A stretch of DNA of 64,000 nt from Octopus bimaculoides (taxonomy: Eukaryota): NCBI RefSeq assembly GCF_001194135.2, contig NC_068981.1, positions 182,430,284 through 182,494,283 of the forward strand. The letters are read 5' to 3'. Each line of letters starts with the position of its first letter. The first letter of the stretch is position 1. The notes under the pieces were generated by a model. That model was not told where the DNA came from, made no database searches, and saw nothing but the letters and a program-made list of their open reading frames with translations. The position numbers and the translations under genes were made by a program. Positions 25,031 to 38,155 of this stretch are shown here, piece by piece.

Positions 25031-26163
25031 ACGTTAGCACGCTGGGCACAATGCTTAGTGGTATTTTGTCTGTTTTTACATCTGAGTTCAAATTCTGCCA
25101 AGGTCGACTTTGCCTTTCATCATTTTGGGGTCGATAAATTAAGGACCTGTTGTGTACTGGGGTTGATCTAATCGACTGACCCCTTCCCCCAAAATTTTGG
25201 GCCTTGTGCCTAAAGCAGAAGAGAATATTACCAATACTAAGTACCATTAATATACTGGAAAAGTACATGGATGTCTGAATTATTAAAGTCCAAAATAATC
25301 AACCATGAAGTTGATAGTTTGTCTCCAGTACTGTACTGTGGTGTCTGTGGCCCACTTTGCCAGTTAATCCTCAAATAAGCCAATCCAACTAACTCTCAGT
25401 CTGTACCAAATGATACAACTAACTGACAACTATAAGAGGTGGCAGCACTATACAACAGACCAGTGTTTAGCTAACTTGTATAACTGATCTCAGCATTTCA
25501 TGCGGGTGTGGTTGGAAGATGAGTGTGATCTTATTGTGTCTCATCTACAAGACAATATGGTTGAACCCTCATTGATAAATACTGCTGATTTCTGAAAGAC
25601 AAGTTATTGACTAAATGTCCAACAATAGGAAGCTTGAATGTAGTCTGGGATTCAATCCCACAACACAATACCTAGCATGGGTGTCTTCAGTTATAACCCT
25701 TGAGTCAACTAAAAGCTTGTGAGTAAAATTTGGTGGATGAAGGTTGTGTGGAAGCTGGGCCTCCAGTCTGAAGGTAACATGTTCCTTCTCTCTCTCCCTT
25801 TCACCTTACTTGGGGCCTTAAAGAAGGTCATTGGCACTGTCCCTTCTTTCTCTAAGTGATAAACAAATTTTTTAAAAAAGGGCCCAATCAGTAACATAGC
25901 TGGAGGGGGAGTGATGGGAGTGGTTTATCTAGAGTGCTGTTTTTAAGGCGGCATCATTTTCAGGCCTGCTGTATAAGCCTGTATAGAGGGATAAGGAGGG
26001 GAAGGCTGCCCCTAAGTGAAACTCACTTTAGTTAGCTAGGCTACATGTTCAAATTTATCCTGCATCTTTCTCAACCTTGATCTCTTTCCAATAAGAAATC
26101 CTATCGTAAATACATCTTGTGATTTTAATTTACCTTTTTCTTTTCTTAAACTTCAACTTTTAG

Positions 26164-26329
26164 AACCCGTGCGACCAGAAATTGATAATTGGGCACCAAG
26201 ACACTACTGTGAGGAAAGCAGGAAGCTTATTGATAACACAGTTCAAGAGAGTGTCTCTCAAGAAGAAGCAAGAGACATGGAAGCAGCTGCAGTGAAAGAA
26301 GAAGCAGCTAATCAGCATGAAGTGCCTGG
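26164..26329 (+). CDS. C2orf81: C2orf81-like coding exon 4
   Basis: ttttag acceptor; EPVRPEIDNWAP (cf. family EP....DSWA) followed by an acidic stretch ending HEVP; donor GTAGTT, phase 2. Confidence 0.85.
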
Positions 26330-28655
26330 GTAGTTGTTGTTGTCGTTTTTGTCTTTTTTTTTTCTGTTGCTTTCGTTTTCATTGATTAGTCTCAAGCAAT
26401 GCTTGTCAAACAAACCTAAAATATCTTCTCTTCTGCTCTGATCAAAAGTATTCCAGCTGTCTTTGTTTCTTAAATAAATCTAAAGAAAACAATAATGTGA
26501 TTGTTTTTTGTTTAGTTCTATCTATTTGTATACACTTCTTATGATCTCACTAATATTGTCCTTTGCAGTTGTTATTTGATAGTAGAAGAGGAACTCATCG
26601 TCATAATCGTTTAACGCCCGCTTTCCATGCTGGCATGGGTTGGACGATTTGACTGAGGACTGGCGAACCAGATGGCTGCACCAGGCTCTAATCTGATCTG
26701 GCAATGTTTCTACAGCTGGATGCTCTTCCTAATGCTAACCACTTTGAGAGTGTAGTGGGTGCTTTTTATGTGCCACCAGCACAAGAGCCAGCCAGGCGGG
26801 CCTGACATTGATCACGTTCGGACAGTGCTTTTTACGTGCCACTGGCACAGGGGCCAGTCAGGGAGTACTGTCATTGGCCATGTTTGGATTACATGCCACT
26901 AGCAGGGGCCAGTCAGTGGGTACAGGCATTGGTCACGTTCGGATGGTGCCTTTTATGAGCCACTGACCTGGGAGCCAGTCAGTGGGTACTTGCATCGGCC
27001 ACGTTCGGATGGTGCTTTTACATGTCTATACGATGGGCTTCTTTCAGTTTCCATCTACCAAATCCACTCACAAGGCTTTGGTTGGCCTGAGGCTATAGTA
27101 GAAGACACTTGCCCAAGGANNNNNNNNNNGGCCTGAGGCTATAGTAGAAGACACTTGCCCAAGGAGTCACACAGTGGGACTGAACCTGAAACCATGTGGC
27201 TGAGAAGCAAGCTTCTTACCACACAATTATATTTATGTCTATGCACACAGCTACTCCTGTGCCTATAAAAGTAATATCCTTAGGCCAGTCAGGTGGTACT
27301 GGCAATGGCCACACCCAAAATGGTGTTTTTTACGTGCCGTCTGCACAGGGGCCAGTCCAGCGGCACTGGCAATGACCTCACTCGAATGTTTTTCACGTGC
27401 CACCGGCACAAGTGCCAGTAAGACAACGCTGGTAATGATCATGCTCCAGCATTCTAATATATATTTTGGATCAATGATTTAATAATGATTTCAAATTTTG
27501 GTACAAGGCCAGCAATTTTGGTAAGTGAGTCAGTCGCTTATATTGACCCCATTCTTCAACTGGTACTTATTTTATTGACCCTGAAAGGATGAAATTCCAC
27601 CTCAGTGGAATTTGAACTCAGAATGTAAAGACAGGCAAAATGTTACTGAGCTTTTGACTCAGTGTGCTAATTATTCTGCCAGCTCACTGCCTTTCATTGA
27701 TTTAATAATGAGTTTATTGTATACAATGCTCTGGTGCCAAACAACTGGCCAGAAAAGGGTAAAACAGGGGACAGAAAGCAGCAATAAGTTTAGGGTGGTG
27801 AGCTGGCAGAATCGTGAGCATGCTGGGCGAAATGCTTAGTGATATTTTGTCTGCTGTTATGTTCTGAGTTCAAATTCCGCTGAGGTTGACTTTGCCCTTC
27901 ATCCTTTTGGTGGTCGATGAAATAAGTACCGGTTATGCACTGGGGTTGATGTAATCGACTTAATCCCTTTGTCTGTCCTTGTTTGTCCCCTCTATGTTTA
28001 GCCTCCTGTGGGCAATAAAGAAATAAATAAGTCAAGTAGGAAAGACAACAATGATAGCCATAAATGTATGTATAGTACACAGAATGAGACACAAAATGAT
28101 GGAAAAGTCAGCAGTAAAAGAGCCACAAAGAGGAAAGGGTGCACAGGAATGTCAGGAATAGTCTTGACAAATTTCATTAAGCATGGAATTTTGAAGGAAG
28201 CGGTATCCTGACAGCTAGTAACCAATATGGTATTTTCCATTATTTGACAATTCTGAGCATGTATATATGTTTCTGAACATCATGGATGCTGATGTGTTTG
28301 TGTTTTGTGTTTTTCTTTCTTTCATTTTATAAGCTGTCTTTCAAAAAGATGGTGACATTGTTGGAAATATGGTGAATAGTCTTGTGAGCTTCTGTCAACT
28401 AAACTCCTAGACAAGACTGCCTTTACTTTGTTTAACAATGTTACTTGTTGATTTTTTTAGCTGCTAATATCCATGAGACATTAAAAATGTTATTTAGTCA
28501 TATTAACATATCTTTTATAAATAAATCTTATGCAGGAAATTAACAATTTTACTTTGTACAGTAATTTAAAATTAAATCAAAATACATTGATTGACAAATT
28601 TATTGAACACATTTTTAACTTTAATCTGTATGAAAAATAATTTTTATATTCTTAG

Positions 28656-28764
28656 AACAGAAAATGAACATCAGAGTCCAAAACGTAGGAAAATGAAACC
28701 TCCTAAATTTACAGGTGTTAAAGATATCAAAATGCCCTTAAAATTTAGCAACACTTCATTAAAG
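28656..28764 (+). CDS. C2orf81: C2orf81-like coding exon 5
   Basis: cttag acceptor, phase 2 in; TENEHQSPKRRKMKPPKFTGVKDIKMPLKFSNTSLK; AAG|GTAAGA donor, phase 0. Confidence 0.78.
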
Positions 28765-30011
28765 GTAAGATTTCTACTTCACATATAATGCACTGTTCAT
28801 GATGACAGCGATTGTGATGATGATGATATATAATTGTTACTTGTGGTACAACTGTTACTTATAATAGTATGGCACCACATTAAAAGCACTTAGCACACAC
28901 CATGAAGTGGTTGGCGTTTGGAAGGGCATCCAGTCATAGAAGCTAAGCCAAATCAGACTGGAACCTGGTGCAGCTCTCCAGCTTGCAGACTTCAGACAAA
29001 TCATCCAACCCATGCCAGCATAGAAAACGGACGTTAAAGGATGATGATGATGATGGCTTGAAATATACAATTACTAATATTGGTTTAAAATTTTGGCACA
29101 AGGCTAGCAATTTTGTGGGGAGGATGTAAGCTGATTACATCAAACCCAGTGCTCAGCTGGTACATATTTCATCGACTGCGAAAGGATAAAAGCCAAGGTG
29201 AATGGGCAGATTGCTTAGCAGCATTTCATCCATTTATACGTTCTGAGTTCAAATTCCACTAAGGTTAACTTTGCCTTCCGTCCTTTGAAGGTTGATAAAA
29301 TAAGTACCCAGCACAGGAGCCAGTGAGGTGAGCCTGGCATCAATCACATTTGGATGGGCTTTTTACATGCCACCAGCACAAGAGCCAGTCAGGAGGTACT
29401 GGCATTGGCCATGATCGGTTGGTGCTTTTTATGTGCCACCGGCACGGGAGCCAGTCAGGGGGACCTGGCATCAACTACATTCAGATGGTGCTTTTTATGT
29501 GTCACTGGCATGGGAGCCAGTCAGGGAGCACTGACCACAGCTATGATATTGGTTTTACTTGACTCAACAGGTCTTCTCAAGCATATCGTATCACCCGACG
29601 TATCAAGGGCACCCTTAACTGGGCTGGACATATGTGACTGCGATCTCACTTTAGTTGTTGGATCTTCTCAATCATAGCATATTTCCAAAGGTCCCGGTCT
29701 CCTGTCATCGCCTCTGTGAAGCCCAATGTTTGAAGGTCATGCTTTACAACTTCATCCCATGTCTTCTTGGGTCTACCTCTTCCATTTAAATATGTAACGA
29801 TGCTTCATCAGATAGACATATCTGCTTAGATATTTGACGAAAAATATCAATTGAAAATATTTATAATTGTTAAGGCTTTATGAAAATACTTTATAAGAGC
29901 AAGCTTAATTATAAGTAATTAGATAATCTGAAATTACATAAATTCATAAATTTAAATCTATGTATGCATTAAAAAAAAAGATATATATATATGTATATGT
30001 ATATATATATG

Positions 30012-30058
<47 letters not shown>

Positions 30059-31099
30059 NNNNNNNNNNNNNNNNNNNNNNNNNNNNNNNNNNNNNNNNNN
30101 NNNNNNNNNNNNNNNNNNNNNNNNNNNNNNNNNNNNNNNNNNNNNNNNNNNNNNNNNNNNNNNNNNNNNNNNNNNNNNNNNNNNNNNNNNNNNNNNNNNN
30201 NNNNNNNNNNNNNNNNNNNNNNNNNNNNNNNNNNNNNNNNNNNNNNNNNNNNNNNNNNNNNNNNNNNNNNNNNNNNNNNNNNNNNNNNNNNNNNNNNNNN
30301 NNNNNNNNNNNNNNNNNNNNNNNNNNNNNNNNNNNNNNNNNNNNNNNNNNNNNNNNNNNNNNNNNNNNNNNNNNNNNNNNNNNNNNNNNNNNNNNNNNNN
30401 NNNNNNNNNNNNNNNNNNNNNNNNNNNNNNNAATAAGTATTCAGTAACATGAGTTAGTTTCATTTTTTAAATTTATTTTAGATAACATCAAACCTTTAAA
30501 ATTTCTATTGAGCAACTTCTTTTTCTCATTATAAGCTATGATAGTTACTTTATTAATTTAGTTCTGCTGGACTGGCTCCTGCGCAGGTGGCACGTAAAAT
30601 ACACCATTTCGAGCATGGCCGTTGCCAGTACCGCCTGACTGGCACTTGTGTCGGTGGCACGTAAAAGCACCCACTACACTCTCGGAGTGGTTGGCGTTAG
30701 GAAGGGCATCCAGCTGTAGAAACTCTGCCAAATCAGATTGGAGCCTGGTGTAACCACCTGGTCCACCAGTTCTCAGTCAAATCGTCCAACCCATGCTAGC
30801 TTGGAAAGCGGACGTTAAACGATGAGGATGATGATGATGATGATGGTATGTTATGGTATTAACCAGTGCATATTGTTCAATCGTCCCCAGCATGTCATGA
30901 GTTACTATGCTGAATTAAGAGAATAACAGCTTGCTGACTTGATAGGGAATCAGTCTACAAGCCAAATGTTTTCATAATTCATATTATGTTGTCAGTGCTA
31001 TGCTATTTCCATATCCAAGACAACTCATTCTTGCTGATCCATCCTTCCCTGTAGTAAATAACTTACCATATTTTCCAGCACACAAGTTGATGTAGCATA

Positions 31100-31301
31100 C
31101 GAGGGGCTGCTGAAAAGTTCCTGGTATTGGGTAAAAGAAAATACAGGAGGTTCAGTTAACTATGATTTTATTCAACATATTCTCCTCTCACATTCACACA
31201 CTTATTGCAGTGCCCTTCAGTTTCTTCTAAACCCTGCAAAAAATTTGGATGGTTGGCCTTCATAATACCCTTAAAACCAGGAACTTTTCAGTAGCCCCTT
31301 G
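31100..31301. mobile_element. Mariner-type MITE
   Basis: 25-bp TIR cgaggggctgctgaaaagttcctgg / ccaggaacttttcagtagccccttg (2 mismatches); TA TSD. Confidence 0.88.
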
Positions 31302-32335
31302 TATAGTGTAAACATGTAAAGTAAATGTTTGAACATCATCATTATCTTTCCAAACCCTGCAGCATCTCACATGAAATTTTTAATTCTTCAAAGTTATCTT
31401 GTTGAATAAATTGACCTATTTTTTTATTGTTTTTTTTTTTTACTGTAAACATTGGTCTGAAAAATCTGACTTGTATATCAGAAAATCAGTTTTATTTGTC
31501 AATAGATACAGGTTAAACCTCACTAATCCACGATTAGTCTGGCAGATGGTGATCTGAATCTCATAGCCATTAGTTTGCCAAATGGTTACATAGCCACTTG
31601 TGATGCACCTTGTAGTTTATATCTGCTATAGCTAATATACAGTGGTTGATCTTGCTATAGAGCTACAAATATAACTTATTTTTACTTCTTAAGGGGTACA
31701 AACATTACCTAATATTATTTATTTTACCCTTAAATATGCCTCTAAAGCAACCAGCTGGTAGCGAAAGTAATCTTAACACAGCAAAACATAAATATATGAC
31801 ATGAACTCTGTTAAAAAAGGTGCCAGTACAGAAAAAAAAAAAAAAAAATAGTGAGTCATGCATAGTCTAGAGTCTTGTGCATATAATATAGTTTAAGTTC
31901 ATCAACAGTGTATGACATTAAGCCTTTAGCATTTAAACTGACCATATCTGACTATTGAAAAAGTTGCAAGACGCAACGAAAAAATTTTAGGAAAATAAAA
32001 ATAAGGAATAAGTGGAAATTTTACTGGTGAGTGTGTTAAATTATAAGGCACAAAAAGAAAATGACTCTCACCAGACACAACAGAATATGTTTCAACACAA
32101 ACTCACATAAAGAATCTTGCAAACCAAANNNNNNNNNNNNNNNNNNNNNNNNNNNNNNNNNNNNNNNNNNNNNNNNNNNNNNNNNNNNNNNNNNNNNNNN
32201 NNNNNNNNNNNNNNNNNNNNNNNNNNNNNNNNNNNNNNNNNNNNNNNNNGTAATATAAAGCTGAAGCAAATTAACACCAAATATACAGTGCGTGTGTTTT
32301 TATTGGCTAAACTGGCAATATGACCATCCCCAAGT

Positions 32336-32386
<51 letters not shown>

Positions 32387-32424
32387 TCCACTTAAGTTTG
32401 GGCTTCTTCTTTAATAATTTCTAG

Positions 32425-32525
32425 GATGCACAAAAATCAGTTGACTGCAAAGATGTAATTCTTGACAGTGAAGGAAACATAATAGGGATGAGCAGATTAG
32501 ATCCAGATCAACTGCCATCCAATCG
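32425..32525 (+). CDS. C2orf81: C2orf81-like coding exon 6
   Basis: tttctag acceptor; DAQKSVDCKDVILDSEGNIIGMSRLDPDQLPSN; CG|GTAAGT donor, phase 2. Confidence 0.8.
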
Positions 32526-35150
32526 GTAAGTATCTTCTCTTTTATCTTTTAACAGTTTCAGTCATTAGAGCATGGCCATGCCGGGGCACCACCTTGAAGA
32601 AGTTTTAGTCAAATGTATCAAACCCTGTACTTTTTTTTATAAGCCTGGTACTTATTCTACCAGTGTCGTTTGCCAAACCACCAAGTTATGGTGACATAAG
32701 CACACCAGCAGCAGTTGTCAAGTTGTGGTGGGCAGACAAACACAAACACTAAAACACACACACACACATGATTGGTTTCTTTCAGTTTCCATCTACCAAA
32801 TCCACTCACAAGGCTTTGGTCGGCTTGAGGCTATAGTAGAAGATACTTGCCCAAGGTACCATGCAGCAGGACTGAACCCTGAACCATGTAGTTGGGAAAT
32901 AAGCTTCTTACCACACAACCACATCTGTGCCTATGTGCAAAAAAAAAAAAAGAAATGAAGTATTTTAAGAACTGAAAAGAGGATGTAAAGCATCTCCCTT
33001 TTTAAAATATTGCTGAACACTAATCTTTAATTAGAGTTACTTAAAAACTGATTGCTTGTGCAAGTGTTTTCAATTGAAAGGATCGTCAGGAGAGAATGCA
33101 TACTATTTTAGAGCCTCCCTTCTGGTGGCTTTACAGTGCACTGTTTCAGGGCCCCTCTCTTGATGGTTACAGTGCATTTCTTCCTCCTCCTCTACTTCAA
33201 TGATGTGAGGCCCCCACTTACTAGATTGACTGACTTGTTTGATTTAAAACCTATTTTGAGATCACCAGGACCATTTAATACAGGGAGGCAAACAAATACC
33301 TGCCTCATGTCCATTCATCACATCTCCAGCCAGGTTTCATCAATCCTTTCCTGCTGTATCCAAAGGCTGGCTCTCTCAACTGAATTTATAATTATGGTAA
33401 CCAGAGCTGGATAATGACAGAAACCAATTAAACTATAACTTAGAGTCTCAGAATTCTTTTATATCCATTATAGTTTTAGTATAGTTTAACCCTTTAGCAT
33501 TCAGATTATTGTCAAATGTAATGCTTATTTATTCACATTATTTTGACTTTATAATAGATTATCTTGTAGCTCTGAGATTTCAGTGATGTGATTGTTTATT
33601 TTTAGAAAGACATTGTTAGGTAGGTTTGAAGGCCTGATCTGGCCAGTTTGAACATAAAACTGGCAGAATATTTGGGCCTGACATGGCCAGTTTGGATACT
33701 TAAAGAAGTGTAGCGTACACTTGAATGAAATTTCTCTCCCCTTTATTATATATACATATATTTGAACATAGCCGATAACAGCTAACCTTTGGCTGCTATT
33801 TGGACCCCTTTGTGTCCACTACTCTGGTTGGTATTGGTGCAATTTGTCTCTTAATCTGTCACACCAATATGCAGCGTATAACCAATCGGAGCCCCTAAAT
33901 AAGATCATGTGAGACAGCCTTTTCTCAACCCTGTCAAGCCTACTGTTATATATAAAAACTCACCTTCACCTCATCTCGAGGTCTTTGGTTCCAGACCTTT
34001 TAAGGTCTGGCCATTGACTACACAAGACACAGCCAGTTCCAGTGACAATGCCAGAGGACAACACCTGTCAAACAACAACATGCCCAGGTTTCAACACAGC
34101 ACTATTCGTGAATTACTTAACCATGGTTAACATCGAATATACAACCTGTGAGAACTCCTGTACAAGTAACCCAGGCAGCAGCATTACAGCTACAACGTCA
34201 TACGATACATACTGCAACCAGCTCTGCATCATCACCACAACTTCTTGATACAGTATTTCAATCACCATGTGCAATTGACTACAAACTGGTATTTCTCATT
34301 CTTGTATCTATGAACATTCGTCTAACTTCTCATTATAGACTTTTTTTACTTTCTCCTTCAATGTTATTCTTATATGTAGCACATGCATACATCCATGTCT
34401 ATACACACATACAATTTGTTCTCATGACGGCCTGTCTATTATTCTGTATACATAATGCACACACAGACACAACATGTTATGGTATCAATAAAACCTTTCT
34501 CTTTTCCAACTGGCACATTTTCAAAGATGCAATCCTTGTCACACATTGTGTCATGCTGACACTGCCTAAAAATTACGTTACGGGCACACATGTTTATGGA
34601 ATACTCAACCACTTGTACACTCATTCAATGACCAGATAGTTCAGTTGATTTGAATTATCTGAATGTTCATCTTCAAAACTAACTGCAAACCATCCAACCA
34701 GTTAGCAAGTCATTCAACTATATCTTCTATCCTCTATCTTTTACTTGTTTCAATCATTGAAGTGCAGCCATGCTGGAGCACTGCCCTGAAGTGTGCAATA
34801 ATCAAATTAATAGCCCCTGCCCAGTACTTATTTGCTAAGTCTGGTACTTGTTCTATCAGTCTCTTTTGCTGAACTCCTAATTTATGGGAATGTAAACAAA
34901 CCAACACTGGTTGTCAAGCATGGGGTCACACACACATCCATACACACATGATGGGCTTCCACACAGTTTCTGTCTACCAAATTCATTCACAAGGCATTGG
35001 TCAGCCTGAGGCTATAGTAGAAGACATTTGCCCAAAGTGCTTTACTGTGGCACTGAACCCAAAATCACATGGTTACAAGGTAAGTTTCAGAACCACACAG
35101 ACAAGCCTGTGCCTATACAACAGTAATATTTTCAAATTCATGTTTTGCAG

Positions 35151-35275
35151 GGTCAGAGTGAAGTACCACATTCAAGAATGTTCAACACCTAAAAAAGCTA
35201 TAAAACCCACAAAATCATTTAAATATCCAGAAAATAAAATGTTTAGCAAATATATATTTCGAAGACCTCAACAAG
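35151..35275 (+). CDS. C2orf81: C2orf81-like coding exon 7
   Basis: ttttgcag acceptor; completes Arg (CG|G); VRVKYHIQECSTPKKAIKPTKSFKYPENKMFSKYIFRRPQQ; AAG|GTAAGT donor, phase 1. Confidence 0.8.
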
Positions 35276-35532
35276 GTAAGTAAACAACAAAAATACATGT
35301 AGCCTCGTTTATCACTGATTGATACATCATTCATCCTAGATAACATGGTATGCTCAGTCTTGAGCCATATTATGCATATCACAAATTGATCTGGGATAAC
35401 AAGGGTCAGTGATCAGTCAAAGATTCTGCAAAAATGTACCCCAATGACTACCCACAATACTCAGCCACTCGAAATGCATTGACTATCACTTGTGTTTATA
35501 TGACTGCTGCAAAGCTGTATATTTTTCACATG

Positions 35533-35663
35533 CAGGGGCAGACTGAGCCGTTGGTAAATTGGGCACTGCCCGAGGGCCTGGGTCACACTCTACCTGTTAT
35601 CAATGCTAAAGGGCTTGGTAAACAGTTATGCCTGAGGGCCTTTAATACTTTCAGTCTGCCCCG
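35533..35663. mobile_element. hAT-type MITE
   Basis: TIR ggggcagactga / tcagtctgcccc; 8-bp TSD ttcacatg / ttcacgtg. Confidence 0.72.
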
Positions 35664-36098
35664 TTCACGTGGATTCATACTTGCATGCATCAACATAAGA
35701 CCAGTGAATAGGAAAAATACAAAGGCCCCTGATCTTAGAAAGCAATATTGATGAATGTATTCTCTGCAGGAAAGGGTAGAGATGACTGAGGAAATATGTG
35801 ACAGTGGAATTTTTGCTGCTGAGGGCCACAAAATTGGTGTTGATGAATCTAACATCCGTTCCATTTACAAAGTGCACAGTGATGATTCATTTATCACTGT
35901 GGGTTTGAGAACCAAACCCTTGTGATAAATGAGGATAGATGTACTACCTTCTTACCTTTCCTTTTTTAACATTTAACCTTTATTTTGCATAAGACAAAGA
36001 CAATGAAAGAATAAACGGGTTCTAGTTTCACAGCAGTTTTTGTAATTATGGAGTGGGAGCACAAAGCAGTGAAGTGTATAAATGCAATGTTATTACCA

Positions 36099-36275
36099 GT
36101 TCAAATATGCATGTGGCATATTTGAACTTGTAAAAAAAACTGTGTTTAGTCATGGAGAAAATTTCTTGCTGTAGACAAATGGTGTAAATACATCTAAATC
36201 AGTTTGCTGCATCACCTATCTGGATAGTGAGATGCAAGCATTTCAGAATGGTTATCTCCAGTCACAGACACTAGG
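36099..36275 (-). mobile_element. Left arm of a head-to-head pair of a hammerhead-bearing (Penelope-like) repeat
   Basis: The reverse complement aligns with 37086-37278 over about 180 nt (e.g. atttagatgtatttacaccatttgtctacagca is identical). Confidence 0.7.
36225..36267 (-). ncRNA. Second decayed copy of the same type I hammerhead (core CUGAAGA partly deleted)
   Basis: The minus strand reads ctgtga-ctg-gag-ataacca-ttct-GAAA-tgcttgca-TC-tcac, homologous to 37094-37141 with a 5-nt core deletion. Confidence 0.5.
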
Positions 36276-36276
36276 C

Positions 36277-36989
36277 CAGTGATTCCCAAATTTTTTCTGG
36301 CTGCCTTGACACCCAGGCTACATTCCTAGCTTTCCCACCCCAACTAACCATCACAAATATAGACCTCTTTCTGAAGCAAATTCAAAGCAACTATATTTCA
36401 CAAATAAAACTTAACCTAGGTGCAGAAGTGGCTGTGTGGTAAGTAGCTTGCTTCCCAACCACATGGTTCTGGGTTCAGTCTCACTGCGTGACACCTTGAG
36501 CAAATGTCTTCTACTATGGCCTTGGGCCAACCAAAGCCTTGTGAGTGGATTTAGTAGACGGAAACTAAAAGAAGCCCGTCGTATATATGTATATATATGT
36601 GTGTGTGTGTGTGTGCTTGTGTGTCTGTGTTTGTCCCCCCAACATCGCTTGACGACCGATGCTGGTGTGTTTACGTCCCCGTAACTTAGCGGTTTGGCAA
36701 AAGAGTCCAATGGAATAAGTCCTAGGCTTACAAAGAATAAGTCCTGGGGTCGATTTGCTTGACTAAAGGCGGTGCTCCAGCATGGCCGCAGTCAAAAAAT
36801 GACTGCAACAAGTAAGAGTAATAAACCCATTATTTTGTTGTTTTTACGTGAATCGCCACCTCATTATTGCCCCACTTTTTACATAAATTGCTACCCCATT
36901 ATCGCCCTACTTTTCTTCAACACCCCCTTGGAACCTTCCACTGCCCCCCGGGGGGGGGGGGGCAATACTGTACACTTTGGGAACCACTG
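36277..36989. mobile_element. hAT-type MITE with a nested SINE
   Basis: Terminal inverted repeats cagtgattcccaaa / tttgggaaccactg; putative 8-bp TSD cactaggc / cacaaggt (2 mismatches). A CORE-like SINE sits inside at about 36420-36820. Confidence 0.65.
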
Positions 36990-37085
36990 CACAAGGTGGT
37001 GAGCCTATAGTGCTATCAGTCACCATATAGTGACTGAAATAACATAAGAGAAACAATCTCTTTTATCAGTTCACAGTGTCCCCTG

Positions 37086-37278
37086 CCTAGCGTCTGTGAC
37101 TGAAGAGGAGATAACCACTTGAAAATGTTTGCGTCTCACAGTCTAGATAGGTGGTGCTGAAAACTCATTTAGATGTATTTACACCATTTGTCTACAGCAA
37201 AAAAAATTTCTCTATGACAAAGCACAGCGAATGGCCTGTTTACAAGTTCAAATGTGCCACAAGCATATTTGAACAGAT
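37086..37278 (+). mobile_element. Right arm of the head-to-head hammerhead-bearing repeat pair
   Basis: See the left arm. Begins with the hammerhead motif and ends in a hairpin gttcaaatgtgc/gcatatttgaac. Confidence 0.7.
37094..37141 (+). ncRNA. Decayed type I minimal hammerhead ribozyme, Penelope-like element type
   Basis: ctgtga-CTGAAGA-ggag-ataacca-ctt-GAAA-atgtttgcg-TC-tcacag. Helix I is a perfect 6 bp and core motifs are intact. Helices II and III are damaged, mostly consistent with CpG decay. Confidence 0.62.
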
Positions 37279-38084
37279 TTGTAATGTTTTTGTAATGTTA
37301 ATGCTGCTGCTGTGTTGTTGTTTTTTTATTGTTGCTGTTGTTGTTGTCTCTGTTTTATCATCAAATATTTGACAGCTGTGTATTTAAAAGGATCACTTTG
37401 TGACCATGTGGTTTTGGGTTTGGGCCTACTGCACAGCACCTTTGCCAAGTCAACTGTCTTCTACCACAATCCTGGGCAGACCAAAGCCTTGTAAGTGAAT
37501 TTGTAAGATGGAAACTGAAAAGGAACCTTTGTATGTGTGTGTGTGTCTTTGCTAATTGTACCCCATCATACATTTGTTTGCAATCTTCCATGAAAACATG
37601 TCCGAACTAACAGAAAATATTTCCGTTGCTTGGAAACAAATGAGGGTTGGCAACAGAAAGAGCCTCCAGTTGTAGAAAGTTCAGCCTCAACAAATTACAT
37701 CTGACTTATGCAGGCATCGAAAAGAAAATTTTAAAACAATGATGATAATGGTGGTGGTGTAGACTGAACCTGAAACCATGTGATTGTTAAGCAAGCTTCT
37801 TATCCACACAGCCACAATTATTTTTTTTAGATTATTATTATATGAGTCTAAAGAAAAAACAATTAGCAATATTTTGGCAGAATTGCTACTACACTGGGCT
37901 AAATGCTAAGCGACATTTTGTCCATCTTTACGTTCTGAGGTCAACTTTACCTTACATTCTTTGGGGGTCAACAAAATAAGTACCAATCAAGCACTGAGGG
38001 TCAATGCAATTAACTTACTGCCTCCCCTGAAATTACTGATCCTGTGCCAAAATCTGAAATTAATATTTATTATTTCCTTTACAG

Positions 38085-38155
38085 GCAAGTCGCCAAAGAA
38101 AAATAGTCATTTTGGCACATCAGAATATGTATTATCATCAAACTTTTTATCACTG
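38085..38155 (+). CDS. C2orf81: C2orf81-like coding exon 8
   Basis: tttacag acceptor; (G)KSPKKNSHFGTSEYVLSSNFLSL; CTG|GTAAGA donor, phase 0. Confidence 0.75.

Noticed and set aside
29944-30463. Long ORFs made of IYIY/X runs (also 14590-14941, 20431-20826, 40062-40615, 49979-50452, 55640-56164, 60782-61347)
   Set aside because: Artefacts of (AT)n microsatellites and N gaps.
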